Positions 59,824 to 64,000 of a stretch of 64,000 nt of DNA are shown here, one piece after another. Source of the stretch: Orbicella franksi (lineage: Eukaryota); contig OZ116705.1 in NCBI GenBank assembly GCA_964199315.1, positions 6,758,001 through 6,822,000 of the forward strand, in the 5' to 3' direction. A model generated the notes under the pieces. The model did not search any database and was not told where the DNA came from. It was given only the letters and a program-made list of their open reading frames with translations. The position numbers and the translations under genes are program-made. Every line of letters starts with the position of its first letter. Within the stretch, counting starts at the first letter, position 1.

Positions 59824-61582
59824 TCACATCTAAGTCACATTGGATTAACTCAGTGGTTTACTGGAGATAGTTCTTCTCGCGATGTTCAGGGTCAATGTAC
59901 GCGAATTGTTCACAAAGGAAACCCTTTAAAATGTTTGCGAGGTTATTTCCATGGTAGCATTTTGATAGACAAGTATTCCAATAAGACGACCGCTTCTTGG
60001 GAAGTGCGTTGGCTCGCTGATGGGCAAGGCGTTAGAAGCGAGTGTATCGATCAGTATGTTATCTCTCTTTACCATGCCGTAACGATTTCAAGTGGAAAGT
60101 TAGTGAGAAAGAGGACGTGATCATCGTTAGTGATTCAGGGGAAGTTATACAGTGTCGTCAAGCACGCTTACCCAAACGAGCCGTCTGCTTTCAGCCTCAA
60201 TATTTTTGGAAAGGTATGGGGATTGTCGAAACGTTCAAAATGTCTCAAAGAATGTCCGCATTTGGAGTCGAAGTAAATATAAATTTGGCTTGTGTGCATG
60301 GCGAGTTTTGCCTCGGTGGCTCATAACCGCACATCTTAACGACAGTACAGTAAAGTCAACGTATACGTTGTGATACTTTCAACAACTTGGACCATGTGGA
60401 CGAATAAAGTGCTTTTAGCAACCTACAGAGAGCTGCTTTAGAATATGGCGGTACTTGTTGTTAAGAATCTTCTGAGACAGGACTGGAGCGCGAACAATTA
60501 AGTCCGGGAAATAATCGATGTCTTCGGTTAATATTCGTTACCCATGTAGTGCCTTATCAAGAGAATATGATAATCTCTCGGCCTAATATAACTTTCCGAT
60601 TCTCAAAATCCAATCAAAAATAACACGAGCTCTCCGAGAGTTGTGACGTGAGCATGTCGTCATTAGCATTCGTCGTGTCTCTTAGCAACAACTTTGCCAT
60701 AAATCACTGGTAGATGAATCCTCTGAAAATAGCTCTCTACAAGCAAACAGAATTCCACCAGGGAGAAACGCACTGCTTCAATCACCTGAAATAGGGAAAC
60801 GCTTGCATTCTAACGAAAGACTAACTTTAAGGGTGATATATGTTGTAAAAATATTACAAAATTGAGTTAGGAATTGTTTTATACGAAACTTCAAATGAAG
60901 ATTATAAGCGACATGTAAAAAACAAATCAAAACTTTACTGAAATGAGTTTTGTTTTGAAGTAATTAGATCGAAAATGAACTAATAAAATGAATTTGTTGA
61001 CAATTTTGTTATTTATGTTTGAACAGAGTTTTTCCAATTCTTAACCGTTACCACAACGGAGAAAAGAGCTGGTTACTTTAATCCGGTAACGCTAAAAGAT
61101 CAGCCGTTATATATATATTTAGTCTTCTCGAAACAGAAATATATGAATCACTATTATTTCTTTTTATTCTGTTTCTTCTCAGCGCAGGGCGTCAAATTAA
61201 TTTTACCATAAACACCAGGTTTTTCATTGTTTGCTTGTCGCAAGTTTATCTTTCGCTACACGGATACGACACATGAAATACGAGTTTTATTGCCCGGGCT
61301 AATACCCACATCGCGTTTTCTCCCAGGTTAGTTGACTTTTTCGCAGGTGCCCGCAGGTGGGTAACTTTGAGCACTCTGTATGTTAGTTTGTGATTATTGA
61401 CCGGGTCCGTGATAACAAGACTACGTTGTATTTTAAAAACGCGAATAAAACGCTAAACTTTCACTTTCAAGGAAAAGAAATCACGAAAATGGGCTTCCTG
61501 TGTAGTTGTTTTCCTTGGGAAGAAAATTGGCGGGAAGTCCACACCGCGGCAACCGTTTTAGCAACTGTTAAGCACGGAGTAT

Positions 61583-61633
61583 TTTTGGCGCGAAAACTTC
61601 GCGGGCCAATGAGCGGCTTGCCAGGTGACGTAA
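61583..61633. promoter_or_regulatory. Motif cluster upstream of jun: E2F-like site, CCAAT box, CRE/ATF-like site
   Basis: TTTTGGCGCGAAAA (61583-61596), CCAAT (61606-61610) and TGACGTAA (61626-61633), 130-180 bp upstream of the ORF. Confidence 0.45.
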
Positions 61634-61762
61634 TGTTTTGGTTCGAAGGGTGACTTAATTCCAGAAAAATTATATGATGGTCGTCATAGCGGCTTCTGTG
61701 GGACGAGTTACGTTTATTTCAGATTATCTAAGACATAAAGACACGGCCAAAGAATTTCCAGA

Positions 61763-62776
61763 ATGGGCGAGCACGTTTTAGGAAGCTGTGAGAACATGGA
61801 TGTACTGTTTTATGACCAAACATCGGTACCAGTGAACAATTTCTCGCGCTATGACAAGAACGCGTTGAGGTTAAATCTCGAGGGACACCATCCCTCTGTT
61901 GTACAAGAATATAGGGGCAATGGAAAACTTGGGATTTACGAGAACTCACCAGAGTTGACCCTGTTTAAAATGGTTTCTCCCGAGCTGGAAAAATTTATTG
62001 CAAGCAATACTGGCCTCACGCCGAAAGGAAATCCCGGAGCTATCAATTCGCCGGAATTCACTTTATTTAACCTGATTTCGCCCGAGTTTGAAAAAATTCT
62101 CGCGAGTGTTCAGAATCCCAAATCACCCACGCAGGCGAAAGGTTTGCGCGAGGGAAATAACAGCGTCAAACAACAACACGAGGCTTATGTTCAAGGCTTT
62201 GCGGAAGCTCTTCAGCAAATACACGATCGCCAACAACCCGGCGATCATCTTCACAAACAGAATACAGTACCCGTTGGTTCAGGTACCAACAACAGCTGGG
62301 GAGAGCTGCCGGAAAACACACCGAACAACTTTCACAGCCAGGTACACGAGACCTCTTACGAGATAAATAATCCCCCGTTTGCGGGGGTAACAACTTATGA
62401 CCATCACGAACTTAATCCCGCGGCATACGGCGGCGCCGTCGTGGAAACAGAGAATTTTGAGTACGCTGATGAAACGTTAAAATCGCAAGCCGGGAGTGTG
62501 CTCCCACTACCCCCGATCGATTTAGAACTTCAGGAGATTGTGAAACGTGAGAGAAAGAAACAGAAAAATCGGGTGGCGGCTTCAAAGTGCAGGAAAAAGA
62601 AACTTGAGAGAGAAGCACAGCTCGAAGTCAGGGTACAACAGTTAAAAGATAAAAATATTGAACTAAACGCGGTAGCGAACGCGCTCCGGCAACAAGTAAG
62701 TGAATTGAAGCAACGAGTTCTAGAACATGTGGCCTACGGTTGTCAGCTCCCTTCCATTGCATCCGCGGCTTTCTAG
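61763..62776 (+). CDS. JUN: Jun-family (AP-1) bZIP transcription factor, intronless
   Basis: MDVLFYD N-terminus (ATG 61796), LRLNL docking-like motif, SPEL..FKM.SPELEKFI phospho-module, PPID.E.QE..K.ERK..KNRVAASKCRKKKLER basic region, and a leucine zipper ending HV..GCQL. Confidence 0.93.
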   Translation: MGEHVLGSCENMDVLFYDQTSVPVNNFSRYDKNALRLNLEGHHPSVVQEYRGNGKLGIYENSPELTLFKMVSPELEKFIASNTGLTPKGNPGAINSPEFTLFNLISPEFEKILASVQNPKSPTQAKGLREGNNSVKQQHEAYVQGFAEALQQIHDRQQPGDHLHKQNTVPVGSGTNNSWGELPENTPNNFHSQVHETSYEINNPPFAGVTTYDHHELNPAAYGGAVVETENFEYADETLKSQAGSVLPLPPIDLELQEIVKRERKKQKNRVAASKCRKKKLEREAQLEVRVQQLKDKNIELNAVANALRQQVSELKQRVLEHVAYGCQLPSIASAAF

Positions 62777-64000
62777 AATCTACGTTTAAAAATTTCTTGT
62801 TCATATACTCTTTGAAATATATTTTCTTACTCTTTCTTTAACGTAGAATTTGGAATATCATGAAACGGTTTACAGGGCTTCGTTGAAAATTCCAGAAATT
62901 TACCCAATTCTTGCAATTTCGTGTTTGTGATTGTACCTGCTTAACATCCCGCCAACAGGTGGCACAACTGTGTTCTGAAGAGCCGGGTCAACAAACAAAA
63001 ACCAGAGATGAAAAGTGCTTTTTGCCTTTCCACGCTGCGGTCCCATCACAAATACGGAATGCACCGAAAACATTCTCTCAGAATTCGCTTGGAATTCGGA
63101 AGGTCGGGAGTGGTCGCATTTGAGACAAAGCTCTAAACACGTTATTTGCCATCTTTCGCTTCCATTAAGAGGCTCTGGAGGTTTTGCCCTTGATTAAGCC
63201 GTAACAGGTGGATTTCATGGTCGAAGGCGAGGTGAAAGTGGTAAATTAACTGAAATTTCACGCATTTTGAGAGTACATTACACTAAAAGAGTGTTAGTTA
63301 TCGCAGATTATCCAAATTACTTGGATGAACCCCACATTCTTTAAATAACTCTTTAAAAGAGTCAAACAAGTGCTTTATTTTTATAAATTTCTATAGAACC
63401 ACACCTTAGAGTTATCAAATCTTATCTTTGATTCATCAGTGACAGATGATTAATGTAGTGCGTGTTATAAAATCCCTGATACATTCTGATGAAAAAAAAA
63501 ATATATCACTTCTTTCACGGAAATCGTTGGTTATGTTCATAGTAGCCTGCAGTAAATTTCTAAGAAAATAAAAACACAAATGCATGGGCTACGCCTGTCA
63601 GGTAACTGTATAAAACCAAGAAAAGCTGAAGGAGAAGAGAGTTAATCGTTCATTTAAGCCATATTCCTAAGGAAAGCCCTCTCAAGTTATTTCTACATCA
63701 CCCATGGACCAATATGTGGGATTTGTTCCGGCTCTTTTTCTCCATCCTCTCTTTTTATAAAACTAGATCGAAAGTAGGTTAGCTACGGAGGTTTATTGTT
63801 GACTGTCGAAAACATTTAATGGCTTGCTGCTACCGAGGTCGGTCAACCTTTTCTCGCTTACATCTTCCCGTTCGTTCATTTCATCACATTGGAATGACCA
63901 GATACGAATCTTGCAGTTGTTGTTTTTTTCTTTCTCTCCACTCTCCGTCCCCCCAGCAATGTTGTTTTGTGTTTGCGAGATAACTCACTGTCTAGTTTTA

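Noticed and set aside
1-64000. Prokaryotic, viral or symbiont-derived insert
   Set aside because: There is no operon-like gene-dense tract. All recognisable genes are spliced or typical intronless animal genes in repeat-rich DNA.

Overview
Eukaryotic, intron-rich and AT-rich DNA packed with short palindromic MITE-like elements and tRNA-headed SINEs. The gene and repeat style suggests a cnidarian, probably a stony coral (inference, not a database match). Genes reconstructed by hand from splice sites and reading phase: two single-exon class A GPCRs (4047-5123 +, 30447-31574 -); an 8-exon gene for a ~1595-aa secreted protein fusing a Pro-rich linker, an SGNH/GDSL hydrolase domain, a granulin-like module, a long polybasic tract and a Ser/Gly/acidic repeat tail (8284-21111 -); a 3-exon two-pore K+ channel (24655-27501 -); an AIG1/ADTRP-family gene with two alternative copies of its first coding exon (~35477-42512 -); head-to-head with it, a complete 22-exon TRAPPC9 with one U12-type intron (43314-59823 +); and an intronless Jun-family bZIP with a doubled JNK-site module (61763-62776 +). 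Intron 4 of the SGNH-granulin gene holds a 3.6-kb TTAA-flanked element with ~1.3-kb near-perfect inverted arms. A 142-N assembly gap lies at 44008-44149. No CRISPR array, rRNA or intact tRNA gene is supported.
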